From sequence record NC_041871.1: DNA of 64,000 nt, one strand, 5' to 3'. The DNA comes from Escherichia phage Murica. Both the position numbers and the translations under genes were made by a program. The number at the start of each line of letters is the position of its first letter. Position 1 is the stretch's first letter. Positions 35,704-44,111 of this stretch are shown here, piece after piece. The notes under the pieces were generated by a model, which had not been told where the DNA came from, made no database searches, and saw only the letters and a program-made list of their open reading frames with translations.

Positions 35704-35919
35704 CTATGCGGTACGCTCAACTATAACAACGGTTTGGGGGATCTCCCCTTCCACCACTAGTAAGGCCTTTTTCTGCGTGATAGATATCTTTACCCGTTGC
35801 AGCGTGGCGGTGAAGTCTTTCATTTCGTCACGCGGTGTTTTAGTGCAGTACCAGATCTCAGGCTTGCCGATCTGTAAGTTGCGTAAAAATTCTGTTTTGC
35901 CCGTTTTGTTAGTGATCAT
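35704..35919 (-). CDS. hypothetical protein
   Basis: ATG after GAGGTTGG. Confidence 0.45.
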   Translation of the reverse strand: MITNKTGKTEFLRNLQIGKPEIWYCTKTPRDEMKDFTATLQRVKISITQKKALLVVEGEIPQTVVIVERTA

Positions 35920-35928
35920 TTGCCAACC

Positions 35929-36033
35929 TCACCCGATACCGTTGGAAGACAAGATCATATTAGACATGGTTGCAATCAGGCCAATACCCAGGGCAATAAT
36001 CAAGATCGCTGCATCGATTAATTTCTGTTTCAT
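35929..36033 (-). CDS. hydrophobic micropeptide (34 aa)
   Basis: MKQKLIDAAILIIALGIGLIATMSNMILSSNGIG. Confidence 0.35.
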   Translation of the reverse strand: MKQKLIDAAILIIALGIGLIATMSNMILSSNGIG

Positions 36034-36110
36034 GGTGTTTATTCTCTTCTGTTAGTAACCTTATTCATGGGGCCGCTACCACAGCCCCAGGGTAAGGCGG
36101 CTATGTGCTT

Positions 36111-36356
36111 TTAGTGTTTCATTCCAACCATCGCGGCACGGATCGCCGTAGTGCTGTACTTGAAGCCGTCCGGGGTCTTATCTTGTCCGGTTAGCTCCAG
36201 AAAAAGCATCATATCCCGCGCCGCATCATTACGATTAGCATTAGCGTTAATAAAGCCTTGGGCCAACCGGTACAATGACTCATCGTTATTAATCCAAAGG
36301 CTTACATTCCAATGAGTTTTGTTTTTGTAACCGTTATAACCTTTATTGCTTTTCAT
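36111..36356 (-). CDS. hypothetical protein
   Basis: SD AAGAGGT; 81 codons. Confidence 0.5.
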   Translation of the reverse strand: MKSNKGYNGYKNKTHWNVSLWINNDESLYRLAQGFINANANRNDAARDMMLFLELTGQDKTPDGFKYSTTAIRAAMVGMKH

Positions 36357-36448
36357 GGTGTTTACCTCTTCTTTGTTCCGGGGTGGCGGATCATTCTACC
36401 ACCTTATGTATTATGCTTTGTTAGATGGTTGTTTGTTGTCAAACTATT

Positions 36449-36628
36449 TTAACGATAATCATCGTACGCTTTATTAACCTGGCGAATATAACATTCAAAA
36501 GCTAGATCAATAGATTCATATTCACGGATATACTCACCATAGGAAACCACATACATTTCTATAGCTTCCTCATATGCGAGGAGAATAGAATCTAAGCCTA
36601 CGATCTCGGTCTTTGCAATAATAGCCAT
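36449..36628 (-). CDS. hypothetical acidic protein (59 aa)
   Basis: MAIIAKTEIVGLDS...; AAGAGGA SD; below track length cutoff. Confidence 0.4.
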   Translation of the reverse strand: MAIIAKTEIVGLDSILLAYEEAIEMYVVSYGEYIREYESIDLAFECYIRQVNKAYDDYR

Positions 36629-36713
36629 GATTTTTATCCTCTTTGTGGTTGGTGGGGCTTGTTGCTCCCTTTGATTTATATATTACAGTTTTATATGGTC
36701 ATGTCAACTATTT

Positions 36714-36941
36714 TCAAAAAAAAAATTTTTCTGCTGTGATATTCTTCCCGGTAGGGTTCGCTACTTTCAAAATTTTATCATGCACTGGACGCCCAAAAGA
36801 ATAAGCGCCGTACACAGTAAACCAATAATCGCCGTCAGGTTGTACTATTACCGCCGCATATGGTACGCCTTTTTCGTTTTTGCTGACAAAATAGATCACA
36901 TTGCCATTAATAGCCTCAGCGCGTTTAATTTGTTCCATCAT
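36714..36941 (-). CDS. hypothetical protein
   Basis: 75 codons; 3' end runs through an A10/T10 tract encoding FFF. Confidence 0.45.
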   Translation of the reverse strand: MMEQIKRAEAINGNVIYFVSKNEKGVPYAAVIVQPDGDYWFTVYGAYSFGRPVHDKILKVANPTGKNITAEKFFF

Positions 36942-36995
36942 GATGATTTACCTCTCTTTATTTTCATAATTGGGGCCTTTTCGGCCCCGCCAGGT

Positions 36996-37280
36996 TTATT
37001 TATTGATAGCGTGCAGCGGGAAAGCTACGCCAGGTTGATAAATAACCTTTACAACCTCATCAGGACAAAAGAAGTTGCAGAACTCACCGCAGTAGGCCTC
37101 ATCCTCTTTCAACTCTTCATTAACATACTCAAAAAAGTAGTCGATGCTTGGATAATCCTGGCCGGGATTATAGTCAACCATCGTTAATAATAACTCTTGA
37201 TCATTCCGTAGGATATGCATACCCGCTTTTAAGTATTTTGCTTCCATTTCTACTACATCGCCAGCGGTAACAATAGCCAT
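36996..37280 (-). CDS. hypothetical acidic protein
   Basis: 94 codons with SD. Confidence 0.5.
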   Translation of the reverse strand: MAIVTAGDVVEMEAKYLKAGMHILRNDQELLLTMVDYNPGQDYPSIDYFFEYVNEELKEDEAYCGEFCNFFCPDEVVKVIYQPGVAFPLHAINK

Positions 37281-37482
37281 GATTTTAACTCCTATCTATC
37301 TGGTCAATGATTGGGGGCCTCCCCCCTCGACAACTCTTATTATCCATATTGTCGGGAATGATGCAAGTACTTCTTTAAAAATTTTTTAAGCGCCTTAGGG
37401 CCGTTGTAACGTCAAAACAATAAAGGCTATGCGATTGCATAGCCTGCTAGTGTTTAGGTCGCTGTAGGCCCTGCCTGGGGCC

Positions 37483-37833
37483 TTATTTTGCATTCTTGCC
37501 TGTATTGCCGCCACGGTACCAGCGTTTGCGGTGAAAATGGTAATAATCCCCCTCGGCATTAAACATCAGATGATTTTCAATAACCAGCTTACGAAGGTGG
37601 GCCGGATCTTGTTCCATTCTTGCCAGATTCCGGCGGCTGTTACGTAAACGGATAAATTCCATATTCAGGCCGTTGATTGCAGCATGGATGTTAAAGTAAC
37701 CACCTTTGAGACGTTCACGCATGGCGTTAAGCTCAACACAATATACAGATTTCTCACAAATCAAGGTATTAGCTAGGGCGCGGACCTGGGCAAGGGGGTT
37801 AAGCTCATTAAGGTAATATAATTTAACTTTCAT
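37483..37833 (-). CDS. hypothetical basic protein
   Basis: 116 codons. Confidence 0.5.
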   Translation of the reverse strand: MKVKLYYLNELNPLAQVRALANTLICEKSVYCVELNAMRERLKGGYFNIHAAINGLNMEFIRLRNSRRNLARMEQDPAHLRKLVIENHLMFNAEGDYYHFHRKRWYRGGNTGKNAK

Positions 37834-37850
37834 AAAATCACCTGTTGAAA

Positions 37851-38159
37851 TTAGTTTGAGAAAACATCGTTCACAATAGCGATCACAATGCCGCTCACCT
37901 TGTCACGGTCAACAATGCACAAATCACCATAGATCATGTGGTAGTCTGGATGATCTTTCACAGAATAGTCAATAAGTGTTTTCTTGTCATCCAGCTTCGT
38001 AACTTCCATTCTCATAACGATATGAGAATCATCAAAGGCATTATTCCGAAAAGTCATAGCCTGACCGCCAGGGCACCCAGTGATCTCCACTTCCACACCA
38101 TCTACGATCTGACCATCAAAGAAATAAAGATTATTAGCCTGGATAAACATGTCTATCAC
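37851..38159 (-). CDS. hypothetical protein
   Basis: AAGGAGTGA SD; downstream of 44-bp repeat copy A. Confidence 0.5.
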   Translation of the reverse strand: MIDMFIQANNLYFFDGQIVDGVEVEITGCPGGQAMTFRNNAFDDSHIVMRMEVTKLDDKKTLIDYSVKDHPDYHMIYGDLCIVDRDKVSGIVIAIVNDVFSN

Positions 38160-38196
38160 TCCTTGTTAACTGCGTGGTATTTTAACAGGGTTTAAA

Positions 38197-38240
38197 TTTA
38201 CTTTATTGATGGCCCTGGAGTCAAGGCCATCTAAAAATAA
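38197..38240 (-). promoter_or_regulatory. 44-bp repeated intergenic cassette, copy A
   Basis: TTTACTTTATTGATGGCCCTGGAGTCAAGGCCATCTAAAAATAA; on - strand carries TTGACT inside palindrome GATGGCC-N10-GGCCATC, then TAAATT 18 nt downstream. Confidence 0.55.
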
Positions 38241-38243
38241 ATT

Positions 38244-38444
38244 TTACAGGCCTACAATCTCTTTGATTCGTTTAACCGCTGCCTCAGCGCCTTGGGGGTA
38301 AAAATTATGGTAACCAATCACGCGAGTGATACTAATCGCCGTTTGATGATCTTCATAGTCGCCCTTGAAGATTTCTTGACCGTCAATCAGCACGGCAATT
38401 TTTTCTTCTTTTTTGAAGTTAATAACGCGGATATTGTTGCTCAT
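38244..38444 (-). CDS. hypothetical protein
   Basis: 66 codons; SD AAAGGAGAAA. Confidence 0.5.
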   Translation of the reverse strand: MSNNIRVINFKKEEKIAVLIDGQEIFKGDYEDHQTAISITRVIGYHNFYPQGAEAAVKRIKEIVGL

Positions 38445-38545
38445 TTTGTTTCTCCTTTCTGGTTTTTGTGGTGGTGGGGATTAGCTCCCCCCGTTGATTG
38501 TTATTATCCACATTCCGGACCGGATTGCAACACCCCGGAAGAAAA

Positions 38546-38559
38546 TTTTTTTTTTTTTT
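38546..38559. repeat. T14 homopolymer tract
   Basis: 14 consecutive T on + strand beside hairpin GGCCCCC-atgatc-GGGGGCC (38567-38586). Confidence 0.8.
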
Positions 38560-38590
38560 AAAGATAGGCCCCCATGATCGGGGGCCGTTA

Positions 38591-38710
38591 TCAGTTACTT
38601 ACAGCGATAAAATACATCCCTACGCCTAACAATATTTCAAGGGCGATGATCTCAAGCCATACCATAGCACGGCGCGCCTTATCGGTGCGGGGCTTATCCT
38701 TGGTTGTCAT
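38591..38710 (-). CDS. hydrophobic micropeptide (39 aa)
   Basis: MTTKDKPRTDKARRAMVWLEIIALEILLGVGMYFIAVSN; SD AGGAGGGAAGGGGGAG. Confidence 0.4.
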   Translation of the reverse strand: MTTKDKPRTDKARRAMVWLEIIALEILLGVGMYFIAVSN

Positions 38711-38730
38711 CGTCTCCCCCTTCCCTCCTG

Positions 38731-38952
38731 TTAGCAGTTACGTGGTTTGCAATGGCCCCCAGGAGTATTATCACCACGCACATTGCAAGAAAAATTATCT
38801 CTGTCGTTGTTCGATCCATTGTTATAAAATTCCTCAAGATCAGGCCTGAAAATAAAGCGTTCGTTATTGAATCCGTCACGCCAGGCGGCTGGCTTCAAAT
38901 CTTCACTAAAGGGATTAATTAACGTGGCATTATTTAAACGGTTGGCCCACAT
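38731..38952 (-). CDS. hypothetical protein
   Basis: ATG after GAGAGGAA; track start further upstream. Confidence 0.4.
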   Translation of the reverse strand: MWANRLNNATLINPFSEDLKPAAWRDGFNNERFIFRPDLEEFYNNGSNNDRDNFSCNVRGDNTPGGHCKPRNC

Positions 38953-39301
38953 ATTTTCTATTCCTCTCAAATAGGCGATCCGCCTCAGTTAAACATATCT
39001 CATGGGCTTGATCTCTGGTTTTAGCCTCATCAAAAACCTGTTGTGCCAGGCTGCAGCGTAGGGAGACTGGAAGATCACTATAATAGGCGTTGACAAACGT
39101 TTGAGCGTCGTACAGGTCTGAAAATACTTTACCCTTTCTATTATTCCCCTTGTCAACAATTGCAAGGATAACCAATACAATAGTTGCGACTACCCCCAGG
39201 AAAATAGATATAATAAACCATAAAAAGGCGGATCTTCCCATCTTGCCAGCGATCCAGGCGTTAAACAAGGCAACCAATACAGCCAAAATAATAAATTCCA
39301 T
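38930..39301 (-). CDS. small membrane protein (two hydrophobic helices)
   Basis: MEFIILAVLVALFNAWIAG and FLWFIISIFLGVVATIVLVILAI; AAGAGG SD. Confidence 0.5.
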   Translation of the reverse strand: MEFIILAVLVALFNAWIAGKMGRSAFLWFIISIFLGVVATIVLVILAIVDKGNNRKGKVFSDLYDAQTFVNAYYSDLPVSLRCSLAQQVFDEAKTRDQAHEICLTEADRLFERNRKYVGQPFK

Positions 39302-39337
39302 TCTATGTACCTCTTTTACAGTTCTGATTAACAATAA

Positions 39338-39355
39338 GGCGGCAAATATGCCGCC
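39338..39355 (-). terminator. intrinsic terminator (- strand)
   Basis: GGCGGC-aaatat-GCCGCC; on - strand followed by UUAUUGUUAAUC. Confidence 0.45.
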
Positions 39356-39365
39356 TGTTACCTGA

Positions 39366-39746
39366 TTAAAAATTATCGCCGTAAATCTTTCCGCTTTCTA
39401 CCCATACCACCACGCGAGGCATACTATCCCACACGTCTTGTTTTAGATTGAGCGCGTGCAATTCTTCGGTGGTGCTCATACCGGGCACGGGCTGATTGTA
39501 TACTGCAAAACGACCGCCTGCATAATCATAGGCCAGGGTTAAATCACACTGGATCATCTTTTTGATCATGGCATTAAGCATGGCGTTAGCCGCATATTGA
39601 TCACGTTTTAAAGGCAACTCTTTGATTAGTTTGCGATAGTTTTCGATATGGTCGCACACTGTTTCACGTGGAAGATCTTTCATATCCTCGCGAAAGGTAA
39701 CCAGGTTAAACATAACGGTGTCAATGGCTTTAGTGGTGCTTTTCAT
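39366..39746 (-). CDS. hypothetical protein
   Basis: 126 codons. Confidence 0.5.
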   Translation of the reverse strand: MKSTTKAIDTVMFNLVTFREDMKDLPRETVCDHIENYRKLIKELPLKRDQYAANAMLNAMIKKMIQCDLTLAYDYAGGRFAVYNQPVPGMSTTEELHALNLKQDVWDSMPRVVVWVESGKIYGDNF

Positions 39747-39834
39747 GATGTTTTCCTCTTTGTTTTGTGTGGGGCAAACGTCTTGCCCCTTGAGTTTTAA
39801 TATAGCAGGTTTTTAGGTTATTGCAACACTTTAT

Positions 39835-40458
39835 TTATGAAAAAGTCATCTCGCCATATTCATCCACATCAAACCGCCAATCATTGGCCTCGATAAGGCC
39901 GATCAGGTTTTCGGTAGTAAATTGTTCAAGATAAGCTTGCTCCAGGTCTACGTAAACCTTGCGGGATAGCTCCCGTACCGTCTCGGTGATCAGCTCTTCC
40001 AGCTCTTCAACTTTGTCCTCTTGCTTGGTGGTCAGGTCTAGCCAATTAGTATCGATGCACCCTCCTATTGTGTTTTCGTGGTGATAATGGCTAAACGGGA
40101 TACGTTCAACACTGGCTGATAGTTCGCCATCGTGCATTGTGCCGAACAAGTGACGAATTGATCGGAACTTGGTCAGGGCCTTTACTTTACGCAAGAATTT
40201 TTCTAAATCCACGTTTTCCGCACTGATTGACGCGCCGTCACCCTGGCACCAAAAGCCTGACCAATGTACTTCGGTATCTTCAAGGCCATACTCTGGAAAA
40301 ACATATTCTTTATAGTATTCAATTACACTTTCTGCAAAAAAGTTATCCCCGCTGTGTTCTTCTCTTTCGCGTACCATTTCAATGGCTTTTTCTTTTTGTT
40401 CGTCGGTCAGCACGTCGAAAGATAAATTGTAACCTGTGGTAATGTTAACGGTGGTCAT
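39835..40458 (-). CDS. hypothetical acidic protein
   Basis: 207 codons; GGAGAAAA SD. Confidence 0.5.
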   Translation of the reverse strand: MTTVNITTGYNLSFDVLTDEQKEKAIEMVREREEHSGDNFFAESVIEYYKEYVFPEYGLEDTEVHWSGFWCQGDGASISAENVDLEKFLRKVKALTKFRSIRHLFGTMHDGELSASVERIPFSHYHHENTIGGCIDTNWLDLTTKQEDKVEELEELITETVRELSRKVYVDLEQAYLEQFTTENLIGLIEANDWRFDVDEYGEMTFS

Positions 40459-40533
40459 GATATTTTCTCCTGTTTTCTTTGTTAGTGGCGGGAAGTTTTC
40501 CCGCCTATGTTTTTTAATTATACTTATTGAGAT

Positions 40534-40794
40534 TTACTTGTCAACACTATTTTTTAAATTATTGTGGCGCAAAATGTTTAAAATCTTCTCAACGTCATCA
40601 ACACGGCGGCAATTTTTAAACGCTACCAATTGCCCCATGATTTTAATCACTGGGCGGCCTTGCCAGTGCCCCTGAAGAAAGCGCGCCTTGACTTTATCGG
40701 TGGAACTATCACGCCACCAAATAGCCTTGTTGTTGCAGTAGTAAAAATTATTCAGGATAACATCAACTTTATCAAAATTTTTTAATTTACGCAT
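40534..40794 (-). CDS. hypothetical protein
   Basis: 86 codons. Confidence 0.45.
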   Translation of the reverse strand: MRKLKNFDKVDVILNNFYYCNNKAIWWRDSSTDKVKARFLQGHWQGRPVIKIMGQLVAFKNCRRVDDVEKILNILRHNNLKNSVDK

Positions 40795-41012
40795 GGCGTT
40801 TACTCCTTTCTCTCTTTGATGTGGTTAGTATAGCTAACCTGTTGACGATGTCGATGATATTTTTAACGCCACAAAACGGCCCTGGGCGATGTTTTCAGGT
40901 TAAAGGGGGCGATTGCATAGGTGGGGGCCTTTTTGGCACTTATAGGGCCAACCAGGGGCGCTATTCGTAGGATAGAAATAAAAAGCCCCGCACAATGGCG
41001 GGGCGTTGGTTG

Positions 41013-41210
41013 TTATTTGTCTTTATGGCGGTATCGTTCTGCCTGTCGTTCACGTTCCAAAAGCAGGCCCGGTAATTTGCGATCATAGTGATTCCTCCAG
41101 ATCTTCCCGAACCTTTTCGGCTTATTCAGTTTATTGTTACGCTGGCGGCGTTCCGGCAGCTCTTCGGAATCGTGGGGGCGCTTTACAATTTTTTCGAAAT
41201 TAATTTTCAT
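41013..41210 (-). CDS. hypothetical strongly basic protein
   Basis: Arg/Lys-rich 65 aa. Confidence 0.45.
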   Translation of the reverse strand: MKINFEKIVKRPHDSEELPERRQRNNKLNKPKRFGKIWRNHYDRKLPGLLLERERQAERYRHKDK

Positions 41211-41554
41211 AAATTTCCCCCTTTACTGATTTCAATATTTGCCTGAATCGCCCGGATACGCCGTTTTATAACCTCCTGATCCTTGCAATCATATCCCCAA
41301 AAGTCTACGATCTTTGCGCCTCCGGCCTTTAGGCGGTATAGTGTTTCTTGCATCTTGTAAGCTGGGATCGGTCGCGGTGTTACCTGGTCGCCTCTCTCAT
41401 CTTTGTACTTGATTATGTAGTCTTCGTTGTCGTTGAATACCCAAAATGGGTATTCTGTGAGCGCGTTGCTATCTTTTTCGTTTTTAGATTGGATCTTGTT
41501 TACAATTAAAGCCGTAGCAATAGCGCCAATAATAAAACTAGCCCCGCTGATCAT
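41207..41554 (-). CDS. membrane-anchored protein
   Basis: N-terminal MISGASFIIGAIATALIV hydrophobic helix. Confidence 0.5.
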   Translation of the reverse strand: MISGASFIIGAIATALIVNKIQSKNEKDSNALTEYPFWVFNDNEDYIIKYKDERGDQVTPRPIPAYKMQETLYRLKAGGAKIVDFWGYDCKDQEVIKRRIRAIQANIEISKGGNL

Positions 41555-41628
41555 GTACTTTCTCCTTTCATGGTGTTAATAAATTATCTTTATAGATGGC
41601 CCTGCAGCCAGGACCACCGAAAAAATAA

Positions 41629-41874
41629 CTATTTCACAATGCCTACAAAACAGATCCCGCCTTCACCTATATAAGCAATATCGGTCACTTTGTAGTTGGT
41701 CAAGATCTGTTTATTCAGATCATTAATAAAATCGGTCATTGCGTTGGTGTAGTTGTCTTCCGTATCTAAGGCATAATCCCAGGTGTAAACCTTTTTACGT
41801 CCGAAGCCTTTTACCATGATACGGGCGCTTTTGGTGTTGGTAGGGGCATAATATTTGGTGATTAGTGCTGCCAT
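41629..41874 (-). CDS. hypothetical protein
   Basis: 81 codons; downstream of 44-bp repeat copy B. Confidence 0.5.
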   Translation of the reverse strand: MAALITKYYAPTNTKSARIMVKGFGRKKVYTWDYALDTEDNYTNAMTDFINDLNKQILTNYKVTDIAYIGEGGICFVGIVK

Positions 41875-41917
41875 GGTTTTAACTCCTATGCATTAGTTCA
41901 GTGTTAACAGTATAAAG

Positions 41918-41961
41918 TTTACTTTATTGATGGCCCTGGAGTCAAGGCCATCTAAAAATAA
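41918..41961 (-). promoter_or_regulatory. 44-bp repeated intergenic cassette, copy B
   Basis: Identical 44-bp core to copies A and C. Confidence 0.55.
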
Positions 41962-41963
41962 TC

Positions 41964-42305
41964 TTACTCGTTTTCTTCCAGCTCCGCAAGCTCTTCTTTT
42001 GCTTCTTCCAACTCTGTCTGCAATTCCTGGTATTCTTCATCGTCCTCAATATCCAGGCTGTCGATGTAGTCGCTAAATCCGCAGCGGTAAGCGATAGGAT
42101 CTAGCTCCTTGAGGATACGCGACGGAAGAAAAGAAATGTTTCCGATCATAATTTCGCCGTAGATCTCGTCCAACCATTCATCATAGTTTTCGTCGTACTT
42201 GTCCTCGTCGATTTCAAAGTTATCGATCTTGTCCTCAAGGTCTGCGATCTGTTTTTTCAGTGCGGCAACCTGAATAGCTTTTTCTGCGGCGGTCATAGTA
42301 GTCAT
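41964..42305 (-). CDS. hypothetical highly acidic coiled-coil protein
   Basis: Very Asp/Glu-rich (EDKIDNFEIDEDKYDENYDEWLDE ... ELEEAKEELAELEENE). Confidence 0.5.
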   Translation of the reverse strand: MTTMTAAEKAIQVAALKKQIADLEDKIDNFEIDEDKYDENYDEWLDEIYGEIMIGNISFLPSRILKELDPIAYRCGFSDYIDSLDIEDDEEYQELQTELEEAKEELAELEENE

Positions 42306-42384
42306 GGTGTTTTTCTCCTTTTGTGTGTTCTGGGAAGTTTTCCCGTTTATGTGTTTAGTATACTGATCTAAGTTAGCTTGTCAA

Positions 42385-42504
42385 TTAAAAGTTTAAGAAA
42401 AATTTTGCGACACTGTTGGCGCTACCCATCAACATTTGCGCCAGGATGTAACCAATGATGCAAACGATAATAGTTACCTTTGTGTGCTGGCGTGTAGTAC
42501 TCAT
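42385..42504 (-). CDS. hydrophobic micropeptide (39 aa)
   Basis: MSTTRQHTKVTIIVCIIGYILAQMLMGSANSVAKFFLNF; AAGGGGG SD. Confidence 0.35.
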   Translation of the reverse strand: MSTTRQHTKVTIIVCIIGYILAQMLMGSANSVAKFFLNF

Positions 42505-42538
42505 CTTCAAGCCCCCTTTTTAGCTTAACTGGGATTAG

Positions 42539-42582
42539 TTTACTTTATTGATGGCCCTGGAGTCAAGGCCATCTAAAAATAA
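42539..42582 (-). promoter_or_regulatory. 44-bp repeated intergenic cassette, copy C
   Basis: Identical 44-bp core. Confidence 0.55.
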
Positions 42583-42584
42583 AC

Positions 42585-42980
42585 TTAGTAAGTTTTCAGT
42601 ACTTTCCCGTCCAGTCTGTCAAGCTGGATCTCGATAGCTGCAGAAAACCTATTATAAACCACATCGCCCATGGAGTCCAGCCAATCTATGACGTTATACA
42701 CCTGCTCTTTATTCTTGCAAGTCCGGATCCGTTTCATTACGTAAGACGGATCAATATTAGTGCTCTCGTTGTTGTGGTCATGCGCCTGGCCTGCTGCATT
42801 AGTTATAGATTTTACAACCACCTGAAAGGGCTTTAAGGTGCCTTTTGCGTTCATCTCACGCGCTTTTGCGGCGCGGTTGTTATATGTTACACAACGGCGG
42901 CAAATGTTGACCAAATGCATATCAATAATTTTTTCATCGTTTGCCAGTTCGTTCATGATGCGGCGTACGTTCTTATTCAT
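42585..42980 (-). CDS. hypothetical protein
   Basis: 131 codons. Confidence 0.5.
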   Translation of the reverse strand: MNKNVRRIMNELANDEKIIDMHLVNICRRCVTYNNRAAKAREMNAKGTLKPFQVVVKSITNAAGQAHDHNNESTNIDPSYVMKRIRTCKNKEQVYNVIDWLDSMGDVVYNRFSAAIEIQLDRLDGKVLKTY

Positions 42981-43062
42981 GATCTTTTTCCTTTGTGTTG
43001 GCGGGAAACATTCCCGCCTTTTGTGCCTAGTTTACTTGAATTTTGCAGCGTGTCAATGATTT

Positions 43063-43461
43063 TTATTCGTGGGCGCATGTTACAATGTGCTTTTTATAGC
43101 CTAGATGATCAGCAAGTGCCGACAAAAACTCTTCTTCATAGATCCAGCCGTTGGCAGTGATCCCCATAGCATTTAATGCGCTCTCAAGTGCTGCGTTAGC
43201 TTTATCATAACCGTATCCGCTGGCCTTGCCGCCAGTATAACCGTACTTATTGTTCTTGCTGTCGTGCATCCAAAAGACGCAATAATGAGTATTACCGCTG
43301 GAGGCGGCATAATACCGGATCTCAGCTACTTCGTGCAAATTATTGTCATCGTCCAGGCCCACCAGATTATAAGCCTTATAAAATCCACGATCACGGCGGC
43401 AGTTCTTGACATCAGAAAAAGAAAAGTCCGCATTATCAAAATTAAAGGTGGTGGTTTTCAT
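43063..43461 (-). CDS. hypothetical protein
   Basis: 132 codons. Confidence 0.5.
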   Translation of the reverse strand: MKTTTFNFDNADFSFSDVKNCRRDRGFYKAYNLVGLDDDNNLHEVAEIRYYAASSGNTHYCVFWMHDSKNNKYGYTGGKASGYGYDKANAALESALNAMGITANGWIYEEEFLSALADHLGYKKHIVTCAHE

Positions 43462-43525
43462 GATTTTATCCTCTTAGTGTCTTTTGTGCTTTTAGTGTAT
43501 TTGGTGTCGTACTATATGTCAATAC

Positions 43526-43723
43526 TTATTTTTTATTAAACCAGTGGTTGATCTGGCCTTTTGTCAGGGCGCAACGATTAAGCTGTTGCCGGGTATAGCT
43601 CTGACCACGACGGAATTTATAAAGGCCTTGCCCGTTGTTGATGGTTACATCCACCCGGCAAATCACTTGATCCGTGACCACCTGGCGAGTGTTGCGACGT
43701 ACTTTGATTCCGTAGGCGTTCAT
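43526..43723 (-). CDS. hypothetical basic protein
   Basis: 65 codons. Confidence 0.45.
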   Translation of the reverse strand: MNAYGIKVRRNTRQVVTDQVICRVDVTINNGQGLYKFRRGQSYTRQQLNRCALTKGQINHWFNKK

Positions 43724-43967
43724 GATTTTTTATCCTCTTTGTTAATTAGTGCGGTGTTGTTCACCTTGCGATAATAAGAATAACAAGAACTGCCCGAGCT
43801 GTCAACCATTATGTAAAATTATTTTTTTGGGTAGAATTCTCCAGCCGCCACCCCTGCCAGGTTTGCAAGCTTTCACTCTCCCACCTGGTCAGTTAGGTCC
43901 TGCTAGGGCTGGCCCCGCCAGGTTGCAGCAGTTGACGCACTATGTTAGAAAAATTTTTTGAAAAGTG

Positions 43968-44098
43968 TTGACAACGGCCCCACCAGGTGGCACAATATAC
44001 CTATCGAAAGGACGGCAGGCACCGGTGACGGGGGAGACAACCACTGGGGATGGGCGCTGCATAAAATGAGAACGGTTATCATTATCATTTAAAAATTT
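43968..44098 (+). promoter_or_regulatory. promoter plus GC-rich motif unit A (candidate small RNA locus)
   Basis: TTGACA (43968-43973), palindrome CCACCAGGTGG (43980-43990), GGGAGACAACCACTGGGG (44032-44049), then AAATGAGAACGGTTATCATT. Confidence 0.35.
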
Positions 44099-44111
44099 AT
44101 GCAAAAAATCC

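Noticed and set aside
38503-38511. DnaA box TTATCCACA
   Set aside because: Single occurrence, expected by chance about once in a 64-kb window on two strands.
38694-38879. - strand ORF of 61 codons with GTG start
   Set aside because: Alternative frame of the same region; neighbouring ORFs 38731-38952 and 38591-38710 have clear SD sites and fit stop-SD-start spacing.
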